From NCBI RefSeq assembly GCF_006345805.1, contig NC_042999.1:173910001-173974000 (forward strand): DNA of 64,000 nucleotides. The letters run 5' to 3'. Origin of the DNA: Octopus sinensis. Its lineage: Eukaryota. Made by a program: the position numbers and the translations under genes. The notes under the pieces were generated by a model that ran no database searches, had not been told where the DNA came from, and was given only the letters and a program-made list of their open reading frames with translations. This document shows, one piece after another, positions 40,590 through 56,019 of the stretch; the first letter of the stretch is position 1, and every line of letters starts with the position of its first letter.

Positions 40590-42350
40590 CACGGAGAACC
40601 ACGCTTGGGGATTTTTAATGATGTTGAGATCGTTTGGGTAGTGCAGATGATGTATCGCTTACCACAGCTTTGGATGGAATTCGGTCAGGGTGTTTTGAGG
40701 CGGATTTTATAATGAAAAACTCTTATACCATTTTTAAACTTTGAACTTGTTCAATTCTCGTAGTGTACTGTGTAGTGTGGAAAGATCACAGAAACCAACA
40801 ATACTCTAGGTAGAGGTATACAAAGGAAGAGGGGAGAAGGATGATAACATCTGGCTCTCTGAACTGGGAAAGGTTTGGGGATATAGGAAGTCATCCTGCG
40901 AGCGACATCGCCTTTGTTGTTGATGTGGGCGATCCAACTGAGGCGTCTTCAACATTACAACTATGTCTTTGATATTGTTAGATGTCACGATCTATTATCC
41001 TTTGTTATAAGAATGTGGGCGTATGCGCATCTAACGCTTCCGAAGTGCAAGAGCTCGAATTTTTCTTTGGATAGGATCATGTACTTTTTCCGCCCTTTGG
41101 CTTACAACAATATGATAGTATCAGAGTTCTATTTGATAGTCGTATCCGTTAATAATTTTCTGAAGCTTAGAGTCATCTACGAATATTGTTATTCTACTGT
41201 GTTTGGTCACATGTGTGATGCCACCAGCGAGCCCCAAACAGTCCCTTTGGTTTTACCACCGCGAACATTTGCTGGGCTTGAGTTGACTCCATCGATAAAA
41301 ACAGGTCGGTTTCTGTTTACCAGTAAATATTTACCAGTGAAGCAAGTTTCCACAGATTCGATGTTGAACAACTTTAAGATCAAAATATTATGGTCGACTC
41401 TGCTGAAGGTCTTTCTGATATCAAGCTATACGGCGTGTATGTTTGAATCGTTTCCTAAAGCTTTTAGACTGTCATCAATGCCATGTTGCTTGTAGATTAT
41501 ACCATAGAAACTCTCCAGGAAGCTAGTTATCCTCGACCTCACTACCCTTTCGACAAATTTGATAATATGTGAGACCGGCCGATAGTTAACTCCATGTGAC
41601 CTGCGATTATAGGTTGGGATAGTAAATGTTTCCGTTTATAGCCATATATCTAGTAATTTTCTCCGGAGATTAACAAGCCGAGGTGCAAATTAGCGTTGGT
41701 ATTCCTTTGCAACATTAGCAGGGAATGTGTCAGAGCTTACAGTGTTTAATTTCTTAATCGTTGTGATATTATCAGGGATGTCGAAAGTTATGTCAAATAT
41801 GGGCATGTTGGGAGATGGCTTTATTAATACCGCCAAAGGGGACCTCAGCTGTAATATTTTTTTTATATTTCGTATCATAAGTAAAAATTTTCAGTAAGTG
41901 AAATAGATTAATGCTCATATGTACCTCAAAAGCAAACGAAATATATTTATATGCAATCAAAAAAGAAACAAAATACTGGGGATGTAAATCCGTTAACCCT
42001 CCAAAATTTTCTTTTTTCTTTTTTTTTTTTGAAGACAGAAGAGTAACGTTTTTGCAGAATGCTCGCCATTTCTTTGTTCTCATCAAGTGTGGTCTTTTTA
42101 TCTATCGGTTGGTGAATACATAAAATTATTTGAGTTTGCATTTGATGATCTTATTGTCCCATTCCTCAATTGCAGCCGTTTTATTAGTGTTGTGAGTTCT
42201 TCATGCAATTCTACGTGTATTATTTTTGTGACTCAAGTTTCCTTATAGCTGCTATTGTAGGTAATGCCGATGGTAGTATTTTAATAGTTATTTTTTACTC
42301 TTTTGATTTTCCTTATGTGAACATATTTTATTTCTTTATCCCCTTGGAGG
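40590..42350 (-). mobile_element. CR1-like LINE RT, degenerate
   Basis: EMASILQKRYSSVF, HIIKFVERV, DIRKTFSRVDHNIL, GGKTKGTVWGSL. Confidence 0.7.
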
Positions 42351-42839
42351 CTTGCACTTATTTTTGCTAATGAGTATGATTCATGTGTGTTTTGAATATG
42401 GGCTGATAACTATGGGCAGAAATTTATGCCAAACTGCTTTACCGTAAAAAAATGCAATATGCGATATTTCGGAATTGTTAGAATAAACAGTTACACTAAT
42501 CATTAAGCATTGATGAAACTACTATGTGTATTGTGTGGATGTATGCATTTGAATATGTAAGTGTTTACGTGTGTGTGTGTGCGTATACACGATTGCATAT
42601 AAATAAATAATATATATTGTACATAAGCATGTGCATATAAACATGTATATATTTATATATTGATATACTTTTGTAAACAATACTTGTTACAGTCACGATA
42701 TCTTAATAAATATTTCTTAAAATTTATTAACTGTTGGTACGGTAAAAGAACTACTTTGACAACATGTATTACCTAACAATACAAGGCACGGCAATGGGGA
42801 AGAAAGTCACGCTGATATTTTCTACACTAGTAATGGGAC

Positions 42840-43800
42840 ACCTAAAAGAAAAATAAATGTACTCTGTTTAGATTTACTTTCGATCAACATTTCCAACCCT
42901 ATTCAATAGATTTTTGGATGACTGCTTCATATTTTGGAACAAAATTAAAGAGAATTTTACAAGATTCCTTAAATTGATAAACAGAATTAATGCATCGATC
43001 GCTATATAAATGAATTAAAGAGAACTTCTTTTCTAAATATTCTAATAATTAAGGAAAATGAAACAGTTACAACTAACGTAACAAGAACCTGGATGCACAC
43101 CAATATTTAGATTTTAGATATTGCCACCCTTCCCACAAAAAATGGAAAATACCAATATGTATATGCTCAATAGTTACAGACACAAATAGCCGAGAGAAAC
43201 GATAGGTGGAACTAAATAAGTTCTTTAAAAAACAGAAATACCCACAAAGACCTGAGAAATTATGCCATAACCAAAGCAGAGAAATCCCAGTTTCTGCTTT
43301 ACGGAGAAACACTCACACTGAAAGTGATAACAAAACTTTCAGGAACTATAACATCCTACATTCGGCCAAACGATACCTACCAGTCCGCATCAATCATCGA
43401 CTCCCCTGTAAATGATTAAAAAAATCACGAATCATTAACAGCCAATGACGACCACCAGATCTCAAGAGAATCCTAACGAAGGTGAGATTCACATGGGAGA
43501 AAGAAACAGTGCAGGTAAATAACTGTGGGCACCCTCGTTGTACGATATGCAAAATAATTTGAGTAAGAAACAATCGAAAAGATCCAATAATGGGAAGGAT
43601 TTGAAAGTAAATGGAAGCATGAATAGGGAGCCTCCAAGACTGGGAAGCGAAAAAATATGCTGCAAGTGTAACATCTGTTGGATGTATAACTTACAGTATA
43701 GTAGCTGTAATTAAATACTTATATGCATAGAGATGCGTGCCCAAAGTCACACTTAGTGCAATATAGACATACACAGCCTTCAAACCTATACATTCTAGAA
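42840..43800 (+). mobile_element. Degenerate PLE RT/GIY-YIG fragment
   Basis: RFLDDCFIFWNK, DAHQYLDFRYCHPSH..ICSIVTDTNSREKR and CGHPRCTIC align by eye with 6419-7891. Confidence 0.75.
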
Positions 43801-43949
43801 TATAAATGACACTTACAATATAGATGTTTGCGTTTATGGTTATCGAAGTTATTGTAGAAGAGCCAGTGTACCAACAAATCTTTTTAACGCATATGCTTGA
43901 ATTTCATAGAATTTTGAACGAGAATACGAACGCACAAAGTGTGAGCGAT

Positions 43950-43988
<39 letters not shown>

Positions 43989-45719
43989 TGTGTGTGTGCG
44001 TGTGTGCTTGGCCAACCGTTGATGCATATATATATATATCACTTGCAGTGATCTGCCTAGATATATATATATACACATAATTACACACAATATATATATA
44101 AATATGCGTTAATTTACGCACAAATACACACACATATATATATGCATGTATGCATGTATGTATGTATCTATGTATGTGTACAAGTATATGCAGATGCATA
44201 CAAATACATACGTAGATACATATACTTTTATGAATATCGTAATTGTGCAAGATAAATGCCTTTCTAATTCTAACTGTATACATAAAACCAAAAACAAAAA
44301 CTTTATTTCCCTGAGCGCTAAGGATTGCTTTCATTTACTTGATATTTTTATTAAGTCTTTTAGCAATCTCTTCTATAGAAGCCTAAATCTAAAATTATAT
44401 AAAGGTATCCCAGTGCTTTCTTCAATAATGATGATACGATATCACGGGAAACTGGTGCGGATACATTTTATATGTGTGTATATATGTGTGTTAGCATGCG
44501 TATGTTTGTATGATGTTATAATACTAAATAACGATTTCACTTTCTTTCACACTTTAATTTCGCTCTGTTATTTTATTGTCTTTGTCGATATTTATACTAA
44601 CCGTTATTTGAGTTTTGTTAATAGCATTAGATCGACAAGAAATAGTGTTACAATTATTAATCGGTAACAAAGTATTTTGTGTTTCATAAACGATGTATTT
44701 CCATTGCTGTGCTTTTACGTATTAATTTCCTCACTTCCGTCGAGTTGTCATTATATCTAAATAAAATATCTAACACGTTTTCCTCTCGATACGTGCACAC
44801 TCATACACACCTACTTATATGAACAAATGTATAAAGATGTATGTGTGTTTATGTATATGTCTGCCTGTCTATTTGTCTGTCTGTCAGTTTATCTATATGT
44901 ATGTATGTAGGTAGGCATGTATGCATGCACTTAGGTATATATACATATATACATACAAACATGTACATATACATGCATTATATATACACACACACATATT
45001 ATATGTATGTGCGTGTGCCTGTGTGTATTTATGTATCCATGTATGTATGCATGTATGCATGTAAGTACATGTATGTACGTATGTAAGTATGTATATATAT
45101 GTATATAGTGTTTAGATTAAAATGACTGACAATTCAATGTTTTATTCAGATTAATGATCTTAGCTTCCTTTTGTAAGCCCTTTATATATATTTTTTTTCA
45201 TCGTACGTATAGGTAGTAATGAAAGCGTTACATAGAGGAATTTCTTGATGCATATTTTGAGTGGGTTGGCGGAAATCAAAAGCCTTCTCATTCTGCAACT
45301 ATTAGTAGAAGAATGAGAAGTCGAGAAATAAGAAAAAGTGGAAGGAGACATGATGGGGTACTGAAAAGGTTCGGGCTTTAAGGGTGTCGCAAAAGGCCTG
45401 GTTAGAGGCTCAATCTTCCGAAATCTTTTACAGGTCTTAGAAAAACTTAAGGACTGCTGCAATACGTGTGTGAATCTAATGTAATATGTTGAATAAAATC
45501 ATAATTAACTGATCCTCCATTATTTTTCTTTGCCCAAAGCCAGAAACTTTTCAACACCCCGTCGTAGACGCATAGGGGCTGATCGTAGAAAAGAAAACGT
45601 TTATAATAAATACAAAAATGAGACAAGGGAAGTAACTCAAAGTAGCCTTTGACATATATTTGAATACCATAAACAAACCCAGATATATCAAATACCAAAC
45701 AACATAAGTTCTTCCATCA

Positions 45720-45930
45720 ATCTTCTTCGCACACTATCCTTGGGGGAGTTACTAGGGTAGAGCCCTGAGGCACCTTCTAAAGTACCTATCAGAAGCAATC
45801 GTCGTTAGATGTTTCCGGCTGGATTTTCAAGCGTGATCTATTGAGACAATGGATATTATCCAACCATCTTCTTTTTGGTCTACCTCTAGGTATAGGGGAG
45901 ATGATCTGAGCTTGTCTTTTCCTCAATGAC
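45720..45930 (-). mobile_element. RTE-clade LINE 3' fragment
   Basis: RGRPKRRWLDNI C-terminal motif. Confidence 0.6.
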
Positions 45931-46510
45931 ATCTCAAATTCTGAGAATTATTAACTCTTAAGATTAACAGCCATTCTCCAGCGAAGTTGATTTAAATGGT
46001 CATTATGACACATCCTCTAGAGGGGAAAACTATTTTAAGAAATCACAAATTTAAATTGCATATTTAACATACTTGCATTTGTCTATAGTTATTATACTGT
46101 CGTAAGGCAATTAGGAAAACTATATTAGATACAGGTAGGCAGCTAATACCAAGTGAGTTAAAATTAAAGAAGACAAATAGTTATCATGTTATTGCTTTGG
46201 GTTCAATATAGCCTGTATGTAAACTTTTGGTCAAAGGTTAGTGCTCATCAGTCAAAAATAAGTTTAATTCCGTAGTTTGTATTAAAAAAGGCTGTTACAT
46301 AATAATTTGGGTTCATTCAACTCGGTAGATATGTATGAGGTCAGAATTCTATAGTTAAACTGTCTATTGTCAGGAGCAAACAGGAGACACTAGGGTATTT
46401 TCCTACTTTCTTTAACATGAAACCAATGGTAGCCTTAATTCACAAATTCTATCCACCAATGCAGTGTTGAGCACTCATTTTCATCGTTTGACATTTATGT
46501 ATGTGTGTAC

Positions 46511-46549
<39 letters not shown>

Positions 46550-46555
<6 letters not shown>

Positions 46556-46890
46556 TAAATTAGAGATAAAACCACTATTAAGCAAATCATACAATGAAAA
46601 ACTTAAGCTAATACATAAGATAATTAATTTATATTATTTAAAATATATATCAAAATTATTAAAAAAAGATATCTTTTTTTAATAATTTTGATATATATAT
46701 TTGATATCTATATATATATATATTAAATAATATAAATTAATTATCTTATGTATTGGCTTAAGTTTTTCATTGTATGATTTGCCTAATAGTGGTTTTATCT
46801 CTAATTTAATATAATATATTTTACTATAAAATTAGATTCAATCCTAAATCTGATTTTTCCCTGTAAGTTTGGATTTATTCCCTAATATTT

Positions 46891-46900
<10 letters not shown>
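46550..46900. mobile_element. Penelope-like terminus (family 3) folded into a long imperfect palindrome
   Basis: 46550-46623 is inverted at 46741-46814 (2 mismatches); central perfect palindrome 46643-46698. Confidence 0.7.
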
Positions 46901-46952
<52 letters not shown>

Positions 46953-47099
46953 TATATATATACATATATATTATATATATATACATGGCCCAATAAAATT
47001 ATCAACCTTCTAGCTGCAGACAACACTCACATCCTGAATGACCTACATTTTCCTCGCTGCTGGATCGGGATCCAATAACAACAGAAGACATCTCAAGAA

Positions 47100-47660
47100 A
47101 GGCATCACATCACTTTGAACAACCATGTGTGACTATATAACTACTTTCTGAAGAGTTTATCAACAATGTAAAGAGTGAGAAAACACGAAAATTCCCAAGT
47201 TCTGACAACACCCTCTTTTGGATTACAGAAACATGGAATAAAACTTCTCAAAAATCAAGCTTTTCAATCTGACAATGAAGATGCGAAAATAACACCGAAT
47301 CCCAAACTAATTTATATAAGATAGAAAATTTTGAGGGAATTATTGTGGAATAACATTGTTCCTCATCGCAGGGGAAATATCTCTAAGAATTTTTCTAAAC
47401 CATCTCCAGACCTTCGTGGAAGCAATTTCTTTCCGAATCGCAATACGGCCTTTGTGCCCTTTGCAACACAATCAACACGTTTATCCGCACAACTATGAGA
47501 GAAAAGCGGTAAACAACGGAAATCACACGCCATTACATTCTACGTCATGGAAAGAGTTTTTGACAGAGTTTCAAGAAATGTCATAAGAATGCTTCTTCAA
47601 CATTTTGAATGCCCAAGCAACTTCTACTCATTGATAGAAACATCGATGGTATTGTCAAGT
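47100..47660 (+). mobile_element. RTE-like LINE RT fragment, degenerate
   Basis: IAGEISLRIFLNHL, ERVFDRVSRNVIRMLLQHFECP resemble RTE IAGKILARILLNRL and KAFD.V.R..LW..L...GCP. Confidence 0.55.
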
Positions 47661-47738
47661 TGTTTTTCTTTCCGTTAAAACATTTATTATGTATAGTTCC
47701 TAATTACAGATATGTGTCTGTGTGCACGCGTGTGTGAT

Positions 47739-47810
<72 letters not shown>

Positions 47811-49578
47811 ATATTATATATATATATATACATGTATGTATATATACATATATACATACATACACACATATGCTATGACTTAAGCTATTCTTCTATTTAG
47901 GTATCTATCCATATAACCATTTGTTTATCTATCAATCTATCTAACAAAACCCACCTTTATATTTCCTTTCACACTGGATTTTTTTTTTTTAATCTCTTTA
48001 ACAATTAATTGCGAATTTGTATTAGCCGAATAATTGTTGCATCTTAATTAATCAGCTTTGCCTTTAATCAGTATCAGTTAGATGAATGGCTAAACGGAGT
48101 GTATGTATAGAATGAAGGATAGATGAATGGATAGATGACAAAATGTTTCTTAAAGAAAGCAACATAAAAAAACGATTATTAATTATCTTTCTGTTACAAT
48201 GAAAAAGCAATTAAATTATTTGAATTAAGATGAATTTAGACCAGAAATATTCTTCCGATTTAACTCCATTTACATATTCACTACGTTTCTTTTTATATTT
48301 TTTATTAATATAAATTGATTGATTTAAATGTCTTTAAAATAATCTTCGTGAAATAGATTTTGAAATTATCTCTTTGAATGTTTTCAAATGACTTCTTTCA
48401 TTTTATTTCGAGTTTTTAGTTTTTCTTCGTGTGATTCATTTGCCTTTAAAATGAGTTATAACTATTTTGTTTTTATTTCCTCCTTAACGAATTGAGAAGT
48501 TTATCATTCTTTGCATTGCAGCCTTTTGTCAATGACTAGGATATTTAATTCTCACTGGTCCACGCTACTTAGCTATAGCTGCCTAATTAACTGATATGAC
48601 ACTGGAAGCCACTACTGTTGGTTGCAATTCAACGTCTTTTCAAGTACAGTGTATACTTGATTAATTCTAATCCAATACCTTTATCTAATTACGAAGGGAA
48701 GTTATATGAAAATGGGTTCTAAATAGATTTAAGCACAAAATTAAACATCACATGTCCGTCCAAAATGAGGCAGAATACTTTGGATAATGCCTCAGAGGAC
48801 GCGTTGGTGAAGGTTGGAAAGCATGTTGTCATTGGTCAGCTTAATCAGTGTCTGGGGCTAAACAACAAACAATAACACTTCAAATTTTACCACGCAAAAT
48901 TCATTTCCCCCTTTCTTGTTGTATGTATTTCACAACAGATAACATTCAGTCTGTATATATGTGTAGGTATCTGTGTGTTGTGTTGTGTTGTGTGTGTGTG
49001 GTATGTGCGTTTGTGAGTATGTGTGTGTCTTGCATATGTGTATGAACGTGTTTGTCTGTGGTCACATGGTGAAGACGTTTGCTTCGTAATCAAGAGGTCC
49101 TGGATTCGATCCTATTGCGTGAGACATCTTCGAGCGAACAATACCTTGAATAAAATTAAGATATTTTCTTTCTTTTTTTAATAATGAACAACAAGCAAAT
49201 GCACAGAAATACTCAATAGAGTTGTGTGTAACTGTGTCTGAAAACTGTTATTATGTATAGTCCTGTCGTGGGACTTAGGAAATCAAGAAATAGAGACCAA
49301 GAAAATATATGCCTTATTAAGGACTGCAGTCCACATCATGAACAGAATAGTTGATAACAATTCCTGGGAATGTCCAACGACTGAAACTGGTTAAAGAAAT
49401 TGTACATATGTAAATGTGTACATATCCGCGTATGTGCATACCCTCACGCACAGAAACCAACGTATACAAGCACAAACATATAAAGCAACATATAGCACAC
49501 ACACACACACACACATACATATATACAAACATACGTACATACATACATACATACATACTACATACATACATACATACA

Positions 49579-49611
<33 letters not shown>

Positions 49612-49795
49612 GGCGATTTTTTCCCTCTGTCTTCCCTTCTCTGGATCTTTCCTTCTCCTATGTTTCCGACGAAGAGCTCCGCTCGAAACGTTAAACCCTC
49701 CTTCTTTCCTTCTTTCCTGAGCGTCCAATAATACTATATTTGTTCCACGTCCTCGCGTTGTTGTGTTTTTTTGTGCTTTCTTGTTTGGATTAACT
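49612..49795 (+). mobile_element. Penelope-like terminus (family 2) with hammerhead at 49662-49696
   Basis: GTTT-CCGACGA-A-GAGC/TCC/GCTC-GAAA-CGTT-AAAC (U4C). Confidence 0.72.
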
Positions 49796-50588
49796 TTACA
49801 TACATATATATACATATGCATTTGAGAGGTCGTCATAGAGAAAAATATACTCAACGCGTTCAAGCATTCTGAAGTGAGTTGCAATAAAGAAGCACAATTG
49901 AAACGAAGAATAAGAAACCGCAAATAGATATCAACAGCCTCTTCACATTTGTTCATCTAAACCTGCTCCTCACGAATGCCATTGAAGAAGACCTGAACCA
50001 AATTAAGCAAAATATAGACAGTATACATGGGTGTGTGAATGTTTGTGCTCATGTTTGTGTGTGAGTGTGTATTTGCGTGTCTGTGTGCGTGAATGTATGT
50101 GTGTGTACGCGTGTGTGTGTTTGTGTACATATTTTATATAGTACTGCGAAAATAATATATCATTTTAGAAGTAAAAGTTTCGTAATTTCGAAGTCCTTTT
50201 TTATTATTTGCTGCCGAATGTAGCTGCGCCAGGGCGGTGGATTTGAACAATTATAATGTATAAGTATGTAGCACGTATATTCTCCGAGCTGCATGAATAT
50301 GCATTAATCTTAGCGCCCTTACGGATGGCAAATTAATTTATTTACACATTAATGCAGAAACTCCAGTCTAGGGGTAACTATAGAAATATTTTTATTTTTC
50401 GTTCCATTTGAAATTACTCTTATTCGTAGTTTGGGCTTTAACTCCCCCTCCAGCAAGTGAGGTTAAAGGTTACCTCTTTTGTGTATAAATACGTACACTA
50501 TTTTTATATTTTATATATTAAATATATATTTTATATTATATTACATTAAATAATAGCTATACATTTCATATTATATATTAGATGTAAA

Positions 50589-50725
50589 GGCGGTGAGGTG
50601 GCAGAATCGTTAGCACGCCGAGAGAAATGCTTGGCGGTATCTCGTCTGTCGTTACGTTCTAATTTCAAATTCTGTCGAGGTTGACTTTGTGTTTCATCCT
50701 TTCGGAGTCGATAAATTAAGTACAA
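50589..50725 (+). mobile_element. SINE family A, 3'-truncated
   Basis: Family A head and central block, cut off by a LINE fragment. Confidence 0.88.
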
Positions 50726-51225
50726 GTCTGGACAGGTCTTTGAGGCATTTACATCCCCTCCTATTCCTATCTCTATCAACGTAACATAGATGCGTGTCCA
50801 AGGTAGCGTTCCAATCCCCCACTAAAAGTAAAGGTCGTGACATTCCCAGGAAAACCTCTAGACGTCGAAAGAAATCCGGCCGACCCCTGTTAAAGACGGT
50901 GCATAAACTGTTATACATACCCATTACTGCCATCTACATCAAAGACGACCAGCCTACCCTTCGGGACTAGGAATATTGCTGTTACTTTGAGATCCAGACT
51001 CTTCTGAAAAAGCACCGCGGTACCACCTCCGCCCATTCTCGGTAGACACGGAGAAAAATAAATGTCGAATTGTCCGCCGAACATGTGCTGGAGGGCCCGC
51101 GGGTTATGGAGTCAGGTCTCACTGATTGCTATGTGTACATTCTGTGACTTGATGTCTTTTAGCAGGTAGCCTTGTTTCCAAGGCGACCTCAAGCCACACA
51201 TATTTATACAACCTATTCTAAGCAT
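50726..51225 (-). mobile_element. L1/Tx1-clade ORF2 AP-endonuclease fragment
   Basis: MLRIGCINMCGLRS..KQGYLL..IAISET, AVLFQKSL, LLLVGDWNATLD; frameshifted. Confidence 0.8.
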
Positions 51226-51908
51226 GTTTCTAACGAAATTTGTACTTTACTGACGAAAGGAAAAAGAAAAGAATGTGTGTGAGAGAGAGAAAGTGTCACT
51301 TACTGTGCGAAAGTTGGTTGTTCTTCCCCTCACAATCTTCTCTCAGAAGGTTTTTGTATAATTTTTTTGACAAGTACTTCTGAAACCTTCCTACTGCATC
51401 CGGGTAGAGAGATTTCAGCGTGTTTTGTGTTACGTGTATCATTTTTATATGTTGTAGTGGTGTTGTGCGTGAGTGATTGTTTGTTTTGACATTGTCTTCT
51501 GTTATGTTGCCTTTGACCTAATGTATTGCATTGGGTCTGAATTCTTTGAGTCAACATTGTGGGGCCATTGCTGTCAACATTGTGAGGTCATTTGGCGTTT
51601 GTGTGTTTGTATTACTGGTGGTAATGTATGTGTGTGTTGTGCACAGGTTGTGCCTCAGAGAGTATTGACTCTCCTTGATTTGATTGATTGCATGTCTTTT
51701 CTTTTCTTTCTCCTTTTCTTCTCCGCTCTGTGGCCATTTGCCATTCTTCTGTATCGCCTTCGTCCGACGACATGCCGGAGGAATCAAAAGAAGGGAGAGG
51801 AAGGGTATTGAGATCAATTCGTGAGTGTGTTGTTGATGTTGCTATTGTTGGTGTTGGTGTTCTTTTCTTTTTCCTTTCGTCAGTAAGGTACAAATTTCGT
51901 TAGAAACA
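51225..51908. repeat. ~48-bp inverted repeat pair bracketing ~0.6 kb
   Basis: 51225-51273 is the reverse complement of 51860-51908, with 1 mismatch. Confidence 0.9.
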
Positions 51909-52113
51909 AGGCGGGCGAGATGCTTAGCGGTATTTCGTCTGCCACTACGTTCTGAGTTCAAATTCCGCCGAGGTTGACTTTGCCTTTCATCCTTTCGGGG
52001 TCGATAAATTAAGTACCAGTTACGCACTTGGGTCGATGTAATCGATTTAATTCGTTTGTCTGTCCTTGTTTGTCCCCTCTGTGTTTAGCCCCTTGTGGGT
52101 AGTAAAGAAATAG
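51909..52113 (+). mobile_element. SINE family A (long-tail variant), 5'-truncated
   Basis: Family A body plus TTAATTCGTTTGTCTGTCC..GTAAAGAAATA tail. Confidence 0.9.
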
Positions 52114-52268
52114 GTGTTGGTTGGTGGTTGTTGGGATGTGTATGGGTTGATGAGGATGGGGGGTTAGTTTTTTTCCTTTTTTCTCTTGGGCTGGATTTTT
52201 GTGTTGTTGGTGGTGATGATGATGGTGTTATTTCTCTAGTTGGTGGCGCTGATGGTGGTCTTGGTTGG

Positions 52269-52378
<110 letters not shown>

Positions 52379-52999
52379 GGACAGCTAGATGTGTGTGTGC
52401 GTGTGGGGGAGCTGAGATAAGTACTTGTGAAATAAAATATATGGCGGCAGTGAACCTTTTAGACAATATTTTTTCATACGAAACTCTACATAAGCAGTTT
52501 ATTTCATTAATAGCTAAGCAGCAGGCCACTACGCAGATTATGGTCCTATTAAAGCATCAACAATAATTTTCTCAATATACAGATTTTAGAATAACCAGTA
52601 GAAGTGGTAACAGCGACTGTATGTCTCGAGTTCATTTGACTTACAGAAGCAGAAGAGGCGTACGAACAGAAGAGAACAATATGCTTAAAATAGTGTTACG
52701 CTGCGTTGATTTGTAGTGTAAACGTTAATCAATATATTTGAAAGAGCAACGTTAGTAGTCGATAGGAGCAAAGCAGGGATGAAAAGAAAAACGTGAGAAC
52801 TTGTTTGAAAATTTCGAGAAATTATTGAATATAGAGAACGAAACGATAGATATAATTGAAAAGACCAATCAGGATTAAAAGGAACTCGAATGACGCTAAT
52901 TTACAATTTTGCTGACAAGAAATAACCACAATATTTCTCTCGGATGACATCTTACCGACTCAAAAGTATAATGTAGTTCTAAATATATAATGAAATTAT

Positions 53000-53725
53000 T
53001 GTATACAGTGCTCAGGTGCACCACAACTTGTCAGAAAGTGCATATAAAGTACATGCAGCAGTGTAGAAATGTCTGGAAAGTGAACATGCTTGTGTGTGTA
53101 TGGAGGGGAGAAAATCAAGTGTAGTGTTGGCGAATCTCAGGAAACATGGAAGTTTTGAAGGATGCAGTGCTCCGACAACTAACAACCGATGCCGGCAGTT
53201 TGTTCCACGCTTCAGCAACTCTCAGCGTGAAAAAATGTTTCCTGAAGTCATGGGAGCTGTGCTGTTTTCTTACTTTGTAAATATGTCCACGGGTGTTAGA
53301 TGGATGGATTTTGAAGAGGTGCTCAGAGTTATTGTTTCTACGATGGTTGATAATTTTATGGGTGTCTGCCAAGTCAGCTGCCAGACGTCGGAGTTTCAAT
53401 GTGTCCATGCCCAGTGAAGTAAGGCGTTCAGGATATGGCAAATGCCTGATGGAGGGTATTCTTTTGGTTGCACGTCGCTGAACAGCTTCCAGACGATTGA
53501 TGTCCTGGGCAAGATAGGGGTTCCAGACCGGTGATGCAAATTCCAGGTGAGGTCTTACCATAGCTATATGAAGCCGCAGATAGATAGCCGGAGAGCGGCT
53601 CACAAAGGATTTGGTGAGTGATGCCAAGACACCCTCAGCCTTCTTGACAATTTTAGCAATGTGTTTTGTCGAACGCAAATCACTGTCGACAATAACACCC
53701 AGGTCACGTTCACTTGAAGAATTTT
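53000..53725 (-). mobile_element. CR1-clade LINE 3' end, well preserved
   Basis: SERDLGVIVDSDL..VRPHLEFASPVWNP..LEAVQRRATK..ERL..L..RRL..DL..TRGH..RKHFFTLRVAEAWNKLP (187-aa ORF 53115-53678). Confidence 0.92.
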
Positions 53726-54266
53726 ATATATAAACATAGGAGATGATCATGGATGGAGTACCTTTGCTAAACAACAAAAGGCAGAAACAGACAGTATGAG
53801 GTAGGTAATGAAACAAGACCTCAGTGCTGTTTATAGATCGCTACCAGCAATCTATAATCGTAAATAATCTCAAAAATAGACGTAGACTAATTGAATGTCT
53901 GTGGGTTAAATGGAAGCAAGCAAATATTGAAGGCTATGCAAATAATGTTAGATAATGGGACACGAAGTCGGACAACTGAATAAAACGTCTATGTTTTGTT
54001 TTCAAGGCGATGTGCTAATGTTTCGAAGCGCTCATAACACTCATAAATTCTCACTAGCCTAGAACATACAAACGTAAAGAGGTACCAAAGGAAGGAAAGT
54101 AAATTCAACTCCTATAATCGCTGGGTCCCGACATTTCCGTTGCGGAACATAACCATACACGCGCCTGAACGTGCGCACACACTTGTACACACATACACAC
54201 ACACACATACATACACACACATACACATACACACACATATACATACATACACACACACATACACAC

Positions 54267-55045
<779 letters not shown>

Positions 55046-55859
55046 GATAGCTGGATGGATGGATGGATGGATGTATGCGTATATATATATACGTGTTTAT
55101 ATGCATGTATATATATATATATATACATATATATTTCAAAGTATGCATTTATATATATATGTGTGTGTGTGTGAGTGTTTGTGTGTATTTGTGTATTTGT
55201 GAGTGCGTGTATGTAACTGTTAGACACCAGTAGAAGCCTGACTGCGTAGCGTTAAATGGCTGACGAATTAGCAATGAAGAAGGCGAAGTTTAGTTTAAAG
55301 CAAAGATATATTCATACTTAATTGAATGTATCTATGACTACATTATTCAATGGAAAATTACTTGCTGTCGACGCAGACTCTCAGCGGATTTCACTGATTC
55401 TGGATTTTTACATTATGAGCAGTGAAAAAAAATCTTATACCAGTCAATTTGAAGATTGATACAAGCGAAATGAATGGTTTATTGCGAGATAGAAATCTTT
55501 TAGACATCTAATTTGACAGAACAGCGAGCGCACGCTCAGCATCACATAATTGGTAACGATGTCAATAAGCAAGCGAAAGCAGTCTGGTTTGAGATCGATC
55601 TCTGTTTGTATCAGTGAATTTTAGGGTATTTCTCTAAGGTGTAAATTGTGTTAGAGGGAATCAGGGAGTTTTAGAGTTGGACATTTAGTTGTTTCTTGAT
55701 AGAATGTGTGGCCCTAATTTGCGTTTCTTAGTCTCTCAGAGGCGAAAGGTACAAAAAGAAAAAAGTGTCTCTAGGTAGAGACATATGTGTGATGCTAGCT
55801 GGGACGCTTCTTTAATAAAATTCGTAATTAATTCGAGTCTACTTGCAATCTTCTATCTC

Positions 55860-56019
55860 TTACTTGTTTCAATCATTAAACTGCGGCCATGCTTTGAAGA
55901 GTTTTTTCTTTAGTCGAATGAATCAACCCTAGTACTTATTTTTTAAGCCTGGTACTTATTCTATCGTTTTATGTTTGCGGAGGGGGACAAACACAGACAC
56001 AAAGACGCGCATACAAAGT

